Assembly: GCA_017613715.1 (NCBI GenBank) | Contig: JAGADH010000180.1 | Span: 6,483 to 70,482 of the forward strand | From: Desulfovibrio sp. | GTDB lineage: Bacteria > Desulfobacterota > Desulfovibrionia > Desulfovibrionales > Desulfovibrionaceae | Length of the DNA: 64,000 nucleotides | Reading direction: 5' to 3' | Shown: positions 29,687 through 38,928 of the stretch, piece by piece | Layout of the letters: every line of letters starts with the position of its first letter | Numbering within the stretch: position 1 is the stretch's first letter | Notes under the pieces: model-generated | Told to the model about the DNA's origin: nothing | Database searches by the model: none | Seen by the model: the letters and a program-made list of their open reading frames with translations, nothing else | Translations under genes and position numbers: made by a program

Positions 29687-30178
29687 AGTTTTTTCAGCGT
29701 TCCTTGTGCTTGGTAACGCTGCCTCCCTTGGTTTTTTGCAGCATAAGGACATTGCCATAGACACGTCGTTTTTGAAGAAACGGAAAAAAACAGGCTGCCA
29801 ACGCTTGTGCGCAGCAGGGACTGCAAAGATGGGGGGGCTTGGGCTGTAGGCAGTGTTCGCGGTATCGCTCTATGCACTGTAGCCAGGGAGGATTGGAGGG
29901 AAAAAGGAAGAGAGATTTGTTGGGGCACCCTTTGCGGGAGCTTGAGTCAGGGAGAAGAACAGGTCTTCGAGGCAGTCAGAAGTCTTGTGCCAGAGTATCT
30001 TGGCAAAGACGAAATTCTCTTCGAGAGAAGCAATTAGGCTGAGAGTCCTAAAATGTCAAGACCTATGCCGTTAAAAAGCTGGCTTCTTGCTAAGCTTGGA
30101 AGAGCTGGCTATGTAAAGAGGAGATCCGAACGAAGAAGCTTTTTTTTCGCATTTTCTCTGGACTTCACGAGGTGTCCT

Positions 30179-30754
30179 ATGGAGAAGCATGTATCCTCCA
30201 TATCAGATGCAAAGCATTCCCTGATACGGGCTGTTGTGGCAGTTCCCATTGCTGAAGCAGCAGCCAGGGAGCTGGAATCTTTCCTGAACACTCTGAAAAA
30301 TAAGGCCTGCCTGCGTTGGGCGACGCAGGCCCAATTCCATATTACGCTGCGCTTTCTCGGAGAGCAGACGCAGGAGATCATAGATCAGGTGCGTGGAGTC
30401 CTGGCGCATTTGTCATTCAGTCCTTTTGACATTGAGCTTTCGTATGTGGGTGCCTTTCCCAATATGAGATGTCCTCGCGTCCTCTGGCTGTCAGGCAAGC
30501 AGGGCATGAAAGAGCTGACAGCTCTGGCTGAAAGCGTGAACAGGTCTCTGGCTGAAATAGGGCTAGTCCCCGAGAAACGAGCTTTCAAGCCACACCTGAC
30601 ACTAGCCCGCACCAATGGCATGGCCTTGCCAGCGGAGCTTATCGAGGCATTGAAAAATGCCCCAACACTCCTTTGGCGTTGCGACAACGTTGATCTCATG
30701 CGCAGCAATCTTACTCCACATGGAGCGGTTTACTCGAAGATCCCGTTGTCTTAG
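30179..30754 (+). CDS. thpR: RNA 2',3'-cyclic phosphodiesterase (2H family)
   Basis: Two HxT motifs (HITLRFLG, PHLTLAR), GAFP...PRVLW, S.LT..G..Y. Confidence 0.9.
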   Translation: MEKHVSSISDAKHSLIRAVVAVPIAEAAARELESFLNTLKNKACLRWATQAQFHITLRFLGEQTQEIIDQVRGVLAHLSFSPFDIELSYVGAFPNMRCPRVLWLSGKQGMKELTALAESVNRSLAEIGLVPEKRAFKPHLTLARTNGMALPAELIEALKNAPTLLWRCDNVDLMRSNLTPHGAVYSKIPLS

Positions 30755-30888
30755 GGCAGGAGTGATTGTTCACAATCAAGCTATGGGCTTCACAGTGTCG
30801 CAGCTCATGAGCTCCTTGTTTTCTATCTCAAGTTGAGCGATATAGCCAATACTCCCTTTACTGTTAGTCTGCTATCTGGAAGTTAGTT

Positions 30889-32307
30889 ATGTTTTCTAAA
30901 GATTTGATTTGCTTAGTAATAAGTATTGTGGTTGCATGTGTATTAATATTTTTGACATGCTTCTATTCAATGAATAAAAATTTTGATCTTAGTTATAAGA
31001 AAAACCTTCAAATACAAGCTAACTTTGTTAGTGCATATATCTCAGATGAAAAAGCAAGGCTTTATCTAGAAGCGACATCTATAGCAGACTCTAGTATTAT
31101 GAGATATTTTTTTCGTGATCATACACAGCAAGCGTATGATAATTTAATACATTATATTGAAAAAAAATATGAAGTTAATGTTTCTACAGTTGTTGATGCA
31201 AATGGTATCGTCTTGTTTGGTGGTGAAGATTTGCCTGCTGGTTATAAAGTTAAATCAGATTTTATGCTTCAGGCCCTGCATGGTCTAGCGATATCAGATA
31301 TCGTTAATTTTAAAAAAAGGGGGCTGTGTATTTGTGCAGCATCGCCCATAATTATTGACGAAGAAATAGTTGGAGCAGTAATGCTTGGAGATCTCATCAA
31401 GACTAATCATTTAGTTGATAAAATAAAAATGTTATCTGGCTTGGATATGACGTTTTTTGATCATGATACACGGGTTTCTACAACTATTATTCTAGATGGT
31501 CAGCGCGCGATTGGCACAAAGCTTGAAAACTATGATCATATTATAGAGATTGTTGAGAAAAAGACAATTTACAATGATGATGTTGATATACTTAGTGTTC
31601 CTTATAAAGCAATTTATTGGCCTTTGCTCAATAATAATGGTGATAGAATTGGTTTGTTATTTCTTGGCAATAGACAGGAAGAGGCCAGACAAAGAATAGT
31701 TTATTCGTCTTTAGTGTGTTTTATTATTTCTGGGTTTATTTCTGTAATTATTTGTATTTTTTGTATTTACTTCTTTAATGGTGTTGTTAATCCATTAAAG
31801 CAGAGGTCTATAACTGATAAGCTTACTGGTGTCCTTAATAGACACGGCATTGAAAGTCTTTTTAATATTGCATATAGGCGAAAGAATGGAGCTGGCTCTT
31901 TTATTCTTATTGACTTAGATAATTTTAAAGATATTAATGATACCTTGGGGCATGCCGCCGGTGACCAAGTTCTGAGGCGTACTGCTAATGTATTAAAGGC
32001 ATTCTTTGATCATTATGATGTTGTAGGTAGGTTTGGTGGCGATGAGTTTATTATTTATGTGCCAGGCTTAACAGATAATACAATAATAAGAGATAAGATG
32101 AGAAGTCTTGTTAAGTTACTAAGGTATGGTTATAATTTAGAGGGCAATGACACACTCTTTGTGACTGCGAGTATTGGCGTCGCAGTTTGTCCAAAGGATG
32201 GTAGTACTTATCGGACATTATTACATAACGCTGATTTGGTATTATATGAAATTAAAGAAACTGGCAGAAATGGTTACGGCATATGCGGAGAAGGTCGTTG
32301 CTATTAA
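30889..32307 (+). CDS. Membrane diguanylate cyclase with Cache-like sensor domain; AT-rich gene
   Basis: Two TM helices; RVSTT..DGQRAIGT Cache motif; DKLTGVLNR, DLDNFK.IND..GH..GD, RFGGDEF. Confidence 0.9.
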   Translation: MFSKDLICLVISIVVACVLIFLTCFYSMNKNFDLSYKKNLQIQANFVSAYISDEKARLYLEATSIADSSIMRYFFRDHTQQAYDNLIHYIEKKYEVNVSTVVDANGIVLFGGEDLPAGYKVKSDFMLQALHGLAISDIVNFKKRGLCICAASPIIIDEEIVGAVMLGDLIKTNHLVDKIKMLSGLDMTFFDHDTRVSTTIILDGQRAIGTKLENYDHIIEIVEKKTIYNDDVDILSVPYKAIYWPLLNNNGDRIGLLFLGNRQEEARQRIVYSSLVCFIISGFISVIICIFCIYFFNGVVNPLKQRSITDKLTGVLNRHGIESLFNIAYRRKNGAGSFILIDLDNFKDINDTLGHAAGDQVLRRTANVLKAFFDHYDVVGRFGGDEFIIYVPGLTDNTIIRDKMRSLVKLLRYGYNLEGNDTLFVTASIGVAVCPKDGSTYRTLLHNADLVLYEIKETGRNGYGICGEGRCY

Positions 32308-32486
32308 AGCGTATTGGTCGTAACGTTTTTTGAGCGAAGGCGGCAGCTGTCGCTGCTCAAAGATAACTTTTATTGCCTATAATATAGGAATGTGATTTCC
32401 TATCTCTAGTGCAGAAAGAAAATAAATAGTAATGATTGGGAGCCTAAGCTCACAGGCAAGAGAGTATGAAACTATAAGTACAGGCA

Positions 32487-33140
32487 TCAGACGAGACTTG
32501 TGAGTTCACTTGCCTGGTTGAGCAGGCGGCTTGCGCCGTGCTGTAAAAGTTCCTTGGCTCCGCGGAAACCCCAGGCAACGCCGATGGCAGTCATCTGTGC
32601 GGCATGAGCCGTCATCATGTCCACGGAGCTGTCGCCGATAAAGAGACTTTTCTGAGGATCACAGCCCAGTTCGTCGAGCATGGCGAGCAAACGGCGGGGA
32701 TCCGGTTTTAACGGAATATTATCCTTGCCCCCGTAAACACGGGCAAAAGGAATCTGCGGAAAATAGTGAGCAATTAAAGCCTGTGTCATGGGCTCTGGTT
32801 TATTGGAGAGCACACAGAGTGAGACCTCTTTTTGCGCAAGAGAGGCCAGAGCCTCGGGAATGCCAGGATACGGTTTGGTGTGTACGCAGAGGGCTGCAGC
32901 ATAGGCTTCTTTGGCTGCGTTCAGCAGCTTCAGAAAACGCTCTTCAGGCATGGGCAGGGCATTGCTTGGCAAAGCGCGCTGAACAAGCACATAGAAGCCG
33001 TTGCCAACCATTTGTTCGTAGCTTTTCAGCGGATGAACGGGCAGGCCGAAGGCGGCCAGTGCTGTATTGCAGGCTGCGCCGATATCATCGAGCGTATTGA
33101 GCACTGTGCCGTCAAGATCAAAGACGAGAGCTGTTTGCAT
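32487..33140 (-). CDS. HAD-superfamily phosphatase (phosphoglycolate phosphatase-like)
   Basis: FDLDGT, LSNK, KPDP, IGDS.VD, GVAWGFR; AGGAG RBS. Confidence 0.9.
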   Translation of the reverse strand: MQTALVFDLDGTVLNTLDDIGAACNTALAAFGLPVHPLKSYEQMVGNGFYVLVQRALPSNALPMPEERFLKLLNAAKEAYAAALCVHTKPYPGIPEALASLAQKEVSLCVLSNKPEPMTQALIAHYFPQIPFARVYGGKDNIPLKPDPRRLLAMLDELGCDPQKSLFIGDSSVDMMTAHAAQMTAIGVAWGFRGAKELLQHGASRLLNQASELTSLV

Positions 33141-33406
33141 GTTCACTCCTTGGCTTGTGGAGGTAGGCTTGCAGTCTGCATGAGCTTTTGCTTCACTTCT
33201 TGTCATAACTGATAAAACGGGTATGATGCAAAAAGCTTTTCCGGCCGGAATACAAGCCATGGCTGGACGAAAGGTCAGGCTATTCCGTGCCCCTGCGTGA
33301 TGTCGTGCCATGCTTTTGGCAAAGGTTCGAGATTGTTTTCCTTGGAATTCGACGGAGGCAGCAGTTCCATCTCTGCTCAGCAGAGGTCTTCACGCTGATA
33401 ATATCG

Positions 33407-34288
33407 ATGATCAAGAATGTTCTTTCCATACGTGAGCTGGGGGAAAAGACGTGCTGGATGCTTGTGCAGCAGGCCATTGGCATTCCCGATGCCAAGATAC
33501 GCACGGACTTTCTGACCGAAAAAGTGGCTGTGCTCTTCTTTGCCCAAACCTCTCTGCCCGAGCGGCTCTGTGTGTCGGCGGCCATTCGTCAGATGGGCGG
33601 TTCTGTGGTCTATGAGTCCGATCCCACAGGTGATCACTGGCGTCATGAGCTGCATCAGCATCAATTGCACCTTCTGCCTATTTTTGATTTTTATGTCGAC
33701 TGCGTCTACCTCTACGGTATTCCCATCTCAGCCTTCAAAGGGCAGGAGGTTGGCGTCAAATTTCCCACCATCAATGCCGGCAGTCCCGAGTCCCATCCCG
33801 CCCATGCTCTGGCGGACATTGCCTTTATGCTCAAGAGTTCGCGCTATTTGAACTCCTTTCCCTGCTGCTGGCTTGGCACCCCCAACGGCACACTCTTCTC
33901 TCTGATTGCCGCTACTGAATGGTTCCCCTTCACGTTGCGTATTGCCGTGCCTGAAGGCTATGACAGGCAGTTCCTTCAAGGTCAGATCGGAGATACCAAA
34001 AAAGTGGAGCTTGTCGAGACCAAGGAAGAGGCTCTGCGCGATGCCAGGTTCATTTTTATCGGCAGCAGGTCAGGCATCAGTTATCCTGCAATCAAGGATT
34101 GGGAAATCTCGTCGGCTGTGCTGAGCGGGGCCGACAAGCAATGCGGCCTCTTCCTGGCTGCACGCCCCATCAATAGTCTGCCCGTGGCTCAGGAGCTGAT
34201 GTCCAGTCCTGCCTCACTGCTCTTGCAGCAGTCAGAGTTTCGGCTGCGTATCCATAAGCGCATTCTGCACTATGTCTTTAATAATTGA
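33407..34288 (+). CDS. Ornithine/aspartate carbamoyltransferase-like protein with degenerate catalytic motifs
   Basis: LFF..SL..RL....AI.QMGG, PTINAG...HP.HALAD, A.PEGY, LQQSE.RL fold signatures; STRT and HCLP motifs absent. Confidence 0.7.
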   Translation: MIKNVLSIRELGEKTCWMLVQQAIGIPDAKIRTDFLTEKVAVLFFAQTSLPERLCVSAAIRQMGGSVVYESDPTGDHWRHELHQHQLHLLPIFDFYVDCVYLYGIPISAFKGQEVGVKFPTINAGSPESHPAHALADIAFMLKSSRYLNSFPCCWLGTPNGTLFSLIAATEWFPFTLRIAVPEGYDRQFLQGQIGDTKKVELVETKEEALRDARFIFIGSRSGISYPAIKDWEISSAVLSGADKQCGLFLAARPINSLPVAQELMSSPASLLLQQSEFRLRIHKRILHYVFNN

Positions 34289-34392
34289 TGAGTTTGCCTC
34301 TTGCATGGCAGAAAACGGCATGTGCTGCTCAAGATTCCCTGGCGTTTTGCGCAGGGAATCTTTGTTTTCAAGCTGAGGCTGTGAGCTGAAAG

Positions 34393-35742
34393 TCAGCGTG
34401 AGTCCTGGTCCAAGCTTACGGCCAGCCCTTTGCTGGTCAGAGCTTTGGCCTGGACAGTCACAAGCCCGCGTGTGGGTGCTGTCTCATTGCTTTTGATCAG
34501 GGAGCAGGAGAGATAGTACTGACAGACACCTTTTTCCCGTTCTCCGCCTTCTCCTTCCAGCACAATTTGCAGGAGAGCGTTTTCGTCGAGAAGCTTTTGG
34601 CGGAAACGCCGGTTTTTCTCCTGAAAGAGCTTGCGCAGTTCACGAGCTCGTCTGGCTTGTATGCTTTCGGCTACCTGGTCAGGAAAAGAGGCTGCAGCCG
34701 TGCCCGGTCTGGGGGAATAGGGGAAAACGTGGGCGTAGGTGAAGGGCATGGCCTGGCAGAAAGCGAGGAGCTCGGCGTGATCGTCTTCCTTTTCGCCTGG
34801 AAAGCCGCTGATCAGATCACAGCCCAGGCCAAATCTGGGCCAGAAGGCCTGGATGCGCTCAAGAGCCGAGGCCAGATCCTGGGCCGTATAGTGCCCTCGA
34901 CCCATGCGGCGCAGGATGCGCTGACTGGCGTGCTGCAGGGAAATGTGCAGGTGCGGGCAGAGCATGCGGCAGGCTTTGAGGACCTGAAGGCCACGCTCAT
35001 TGAGCTGTGACGGTTCCACGGAGCTGATGCGCAGACGGGCACGGCCTGCGTAATCACGGGCCAGTTCATTGTCCAGGTTTTGCAGCAGATCCCAGAAGTC
35101 TCCCAGCTGAGGCTGATCCCGGCCGTACTGTTTGAGATTGATGCCTGAAATGATCAGCTCGGCGTAGCCCTGGGCGAGCAGACGTCTGGCCTCTTCCACA
35201 ACCTCGGCGGCTGAGCGGCTGGCAACGTGATGGCGCAGGCTGGGCACAATGCAATAGGTGCAGCGGTGCGTACAGCCGTCCTGAACCTTGAGCACCGGTC
35301 TTGCCCGCTGATAGTGGCTGATCTGAAAGGGTGGGTAGGGGGACTCTTCAGGCGGGGGAAGAGGTTCTGTGTCTGCCTGCTCAAGGCCAAGCTCTTGGAG
35401 CAGAAGCTCAGGTTACAGCAGAAGCGGTGTTTTTGCCTGTGGCAGGATGAGATCACAGGCTTTGCTTTGGCTTGTAGACTCGGCAAGCAGACGCGCAGCA
35501 CAGCCTGTGAGTATGAGTTTGGCCAATGGCGCCCGGCGTCTGAGCCTTGCCAGCATTTGGCGTGCATCGCGTTCACCCTTGGCTGTGATGGCGCAGCTGT
35601 TGACGATAATGATTTCTGCCTGTTCTGTTGCCTGGCAGGCCTGGGCACCAGCACGCAGCCAGGCTTCACGGATAGCCTGACTCTCATATTGATTGACCTT
35701 GCAGCCAAAGGTCATGATTTGAAATTTCCAGGTCTTTTGCAT
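34393..35742 (-). pseudogene. mtaB: MiaB-family tRNA methylthiotransferase MtaB interrupted by an in-frame TAA at 35413-35415
   Basis: TFGCKVNQYES, VNSCAIT, TGC (UPF0004) lie in the same frame as LKVQDGCTHRCTYC, HLHISLQ, HVFPYS.RPGT; one stop separates them. Confidence 0.8.
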
Positions 35743-35833
35743 AGGGCAGGGGCTTGCGCCATGTGGCGTGACAGCGTGGGGCTCTTTGGGGACTCTAAAG
35801 GTTCGTCCTTTCAGGGACAGGACGGTTTTGCGT

Positions 35834-36682
35834 GTGAAGACTTTTTGGCGTGTACTTGGATTTTTTTGCCTTTTGTGCCATGCACAGCCGCTTTGGGCTG
35901 TGTCCATTCCTTTGCCTGTCGAGGGTCAGCTCTGGCCGTACGCTGACCAGCCCGGTTTTCAATCAGACGATGCCCTGAATCTGCTCTGTTTAGCGCAGAG
36001 CTATCCGGACATTCAGGGGCTTGAGCAGACAGACGAGGGCCTTTGGCTTGTTCTGACAGGTGGCAGGCGCGTGCTCTATGCCGGGGAACGAGCGGGGGAG
36101 CATGACTATCTGGATGTGGATGTGCGCACAAGCATGGAGCAGCCCTACCGCTGTGAACCGGAGCGCCCCGGAACGCCACCTGGCTATGCTCCCGGACGCC
36201 GTCGCTGCTATGGCCTTCTGATGGCCCTCTACGGCGGCAATGCCCGCGAAGTTGCCCAAAGGCTGATGTCCATCCACGCCCTGGGACAGACCTGGGCCTT
36301 TGCGCCTCAGGCAGCCCGTGCCTTTTTACGGGCCGCAGCCGTCATTGAGCAGAAGCTTTTGCTCCAGCCTGAGCTTGCCCGCTGGCTCAAGAGCTCAGGC
36401 ACCTTTCTCTGGCGGCGCATAGCCGGGGAAAAGGTTCTCAGTGCCCATTCCTTTGGCATTGCCTTTGATATCGGTCTTGCCTGCGGTGCAACCTACTGGC
36501 GCTGGTCGTCGCTTCAGAGCCATCCCCTGCAGCAGACCTTTTCTCCTTTGCTTGTGCGGGCTTTTGAAGATGCAGGCTTTATCTGGGGCGGCAAATGGCA
36601 TGAATTTGACCTGATGCACTTTGAATACCGCCCTGAGCTGATCTGTAAAGCCAAACGTCGGGCAAGGGGGCAGACTCCGTAG
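35834..36682 (+). CDS. Secreted M15-family metallopeptidase (D,D-carboxypeptidase or L-Ala-D-Glu peptidase type)
   Basis: Signal-peptide-like N-terminus; WR.IAG...SAHSFGIAFD, GFIWGGKW..FD.MHFEYRPE; start uncertain. Confidence 0.85.
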   Translation: MKTFWRVLGFFCLLCHAQPLWAVSIPLPVEGQLWPYADQPGFQSDDALNLLCLAQSYPDIQGLEQTDEGLWLVLTGGRRVLYAGERAGEHDYLDVDVRTSMEQPYRCEPERPGTPPGYAPGRRRCYGLLMALYGGNAREVAQRLMSIHALGQTWAFAPQAARAFLRAAAVIEQKLLLQPELARWLKSSGTFLWRRIAGEKVLSAHSFGIAFDIGLACGATYWRWSSLQSHPLQQTFSPLLVRAFEDAGFIWGGKWHEFDLMHFEYRPELICKAKRRARGQTP

Positions 36683-36686
36683 ATCT

Positions 36687-38177
36687 TCAGAGCCCTGCCG
36701 GCTGCTGCCTGGCAAGCCAGCTGACCAGGGTGTCTGCATCGAGTTTTGTCTTCCTGGCGTAGCGGTGCGCGGCATTGCCATTGAGAATGAAGTCTGCGCG
36801 TTCGCCGCGGGCATTGGTGACCACGTGCCAGGCTCCCGGCTGCCCCTCCTGATCCGAAGAGCCTTCCCAGTCCAGAAGCCAGTCGATCAGTTTGTCCCAG
36901 AGAGCCTTGGAGATACCGCTGCCACGGCTGAGCACAGAGCTGTCACTTTCCGGATTGTGCAGCAGGGTCAGTGCCTGATCAGCATGGTATTTGCGCACAT
37001 AGCTTGTTAAGGCCTGACGCACGCAGCTTAAGCCGGCTTTTTGATCCACGGCAATAACCCAGGGACCTGCTGTATTTTTGTCCGGCAGGCTGCGGAAGAC
37101 GAGGTGGCCGATGGCGCTTGCTCCGTCGTAGGCTTCCGGCTGAGGACCAAGAGTTTTTTCAAGACAGTCAAAGGCCAGGCTGTAGCGCATCTGCGTGACA
37201 AGACGGGCATCCCAGAGTCTGCCCATGATCGCTCGTCCTGCTTTTTCTCCCAGGACCAGGGGGCAGAGCGCTGCGATGAAGGGCACAAGCAGACTTTGGA
37301 AGAGACGCTTCCTGCCCAGGGGAAAACCCAGAAGCGTCTGACTGTTCTCTTTAACGGCAAAGTGCGGCTGCCTGAACCTGGCAAGATTGCTCTGAAGTTG
37401 TTGATAGGCCGTATTGAAACCTTCCTGCTGCCGGAAAGGGGAAGAAGCCGCATGGGCTTCAAGCTGGGCCAGAGCCCGCGGCCGCCAGAACTGCTCTTCC
37501 CAGTAGGGAAAATCAAGGCTTGCTGCCCGCAGCAGGCAGAGCAGGGCACCTTCGGCCACAGCGCGTTTTATCAGGCAGGGATCAGGTCTGTCTGCCTTGG
37601 CGTTCTGTAGGACCGGCAGAAGATCGTGCAGACGCAGGAGGTAGTTGGCCAAATGCTTGGGATGGGCACCGCCCAGAGCATCGACAAGATCAGCTTCACG
37701 CAGTATGAAAAAAAGGGCTTTGGGCAGAATATTGCTGCTGAGAAGCCTGTGCGTGACCAGGGCAACGGCTGAAGACGCCGTATGTTGCTGACCTGTGGGG
37801 GTGTGCTCGTCAAAAACGAGCAGAGGTTTTGAACCGCCATTTTGTACTCCGCCAAGGCCAAAAACTGCGGCTTTGGACCAGCTCTCGCGCACCAGGGGAT
37901 CGTCCTGGGCATCGGTGAGAACGGTTTCCAATAGGGGGAGATTGCGCTGTGCCTCAGGCAGGCAGGCGCGAAAAAGCAGCATGGCGAGGTATTCGTCCAG
38001 GTGCGGACGCAGATGCGTGGCGAGTAGTTCTACGTCCCTGGCCTCTTTGGGCAGGATCAGGGCGCACGGTTTGAGAAGATCGTGCACAAAGTCTGCGGAA
38101 AGACGGCTGATGCTGCTAAAAAGTTCTGGCTCATCGGCCGTGAGCGTTGTCAGCTGCAAGATCGTTGGATCGGTCAT
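36687..38177 (-). CDS. Hypothetical protein with a MYG1/DHH-like N-terminal motif set
   Basis: THLRPHLDE, GLGG, FDEH motifs; 496 aa. Confidence 0.6.
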   Translation of the reverse strand: MTDPTILQLTTLTADEPELFSSISRLSADFVHDLLKPCALILPKEARDVELLATHLRPHLDEYLAMLLFRACLPEAQRNLPLLETVLTDAQDDPLVRESWSKAAVFGLGGVQNGGSKPLLVFDEHTPTGQQHTASSAVALVTHRLLSSNILPKALFFILREADLVDALGGAHPKHLANYLLRLHDLLPVLQNAKADRPDPCLIKRAVAEGALLCLLRAASLDFPYWEEQFWRPRALAQLEAHAASSPFRQQEGFNTAYQQLQSNLARFRQPHFAVKENSQTLLGFPLGRKRLFQSLLVPFIAALCPLVLGEKAGRAIMGRLWDARLVTQMRYSLAFDCLEKTLGPQPEAYDGASAIGHLVFRSLPDKNTAGPWVIAVDQKAGLSCVRQALTSYVRKYHADQALTLLHNPESDSSVLSRGSGISKALWDKLIDWLLDWEGSSDQEGQPGAWHVVTNARGERADFILNGNAAHRYARKTKLDADTLVSWLARQQPAGL

Positions 38178-38313
38178 GGTAGGTTCCCGTCGCGCAGAAA
38201 GAAGACGTTTTTGCTGAGGCTGCCTTGGTCAGGCATATTGTGCTCAATGGCCAAGGAGATTGCAAGTCTGAATCGTAAACCAGAGGAGGCAGGCTGAAAC
38301 AGCCTGATGAACT

Positions 38314-38490
38314 ATGCCAAGTGATACTGTTAAGGACGAAGAACTGGCCTTTGAGGAGAGCGAGGATCAGGACGAAGACGAATTGTGCGAAGCAAGCTAC
38401 ACTTCGGATTTTGACGACGATGATCCTTCGGCTTTTGTCTGTGATCTGCCCGAAGATGAGGCTGCAGCGTATAAGCAAAAAAAAGCATGA
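38314..38490 (+). CDS. Small highly acidic protein (58 aa), absent from the ORF track
   Basis: MPSDTVKDEELAFEESEDQDEDELCEASYTSDFDDDDPSAFVCDLPEDEAAAYKQKKA; GAGGAGG upstream; terminator downstream. Confidence 0.55.
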   Translation: MPSDTVKDEELAFEESEDQDEDELCEASYTSDFDDDDPSAFVCDLPEDEAAAYKQKKA

Positions 38491-38512
38491 GGCCAGGGGC
38501 CCAGGGAAAAGG

Positions 38513-38551
38513 AAAGCGGCGTTCCTCAAGAGAGCAGGAACGCCGCTTTTT
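38513..38551. terminator. Bidirectional terminator
   Basis: AAAGCGGCGTTCCT...AGGAACGCCGCTTT inverted repeat between convergent small ORFs. Confidence 0.75.
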
Positions 38552-38577
38552 GTATCGGCTGACGAGAAGCGTAGTTT

Positions 38578-38763
38578 TTAGCCGTGACGGACTCTGTCGT
38601 GTTCTTCAGCTCTTTTGGCATTGTTGAAACGATCGAGTGTGCCCACGAGATAGCCCGTGATACGGCGGATGCGCTGAAATTTGACACCTTCTCCGATCAG
38701 GGGAGCTGCTTTGGTTTTTTCTTCCCCTTTGAAGAGATCTGATTCCATGAGCATGGCAGGCAT
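38578..38763 (-). CDS. Stand-alone NrdD C-terminal glycyl-radical-loop protein (61 aa)
   Basis: RIRRITGYLVGTLDRFNNAKRAEEHDRVRH = class III RNR R.R..GY...N..K..E..DR motif; AAGGAGA RBS before ATG 38763. Confidence 0.85.
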   Translation of the reverse strand: MPAMLMESDLFKGEEKTKAAPLIGEGVKFQRIRRITGYLVGTLDRFNNAKRAEEHDRVRHG

Positions 38764-38928
38764 TCTCCTTTTTTTGGTCTGAAGATATTTTACGGGGCTG
38801 CAAGGCAGCCGAGCGAGTTTTTTGCAAGACGTTTTCCATTGCTTACAGCAGAAAAGTATATACGTTACTTTTGCTGTCTTGTCGAGCATTTGCGAGAAAA
38901 ATTTTAGAAAGGCCCGGCCACAGCGGCT

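Noticed and set aside
29807-30037. Short ORF ending ...VRSLVPEYLGKDEILFERSN as a gene remnant
   Set aside because: Only a few residues look protein-like; no start signal; cannot be supported
34393-35907. mtaB as a frameshifted or two-gene locus
   Set aside because: Both halves are in the same frame (120 nt between the TAA and the downstream GTG); it is one in-frame stop
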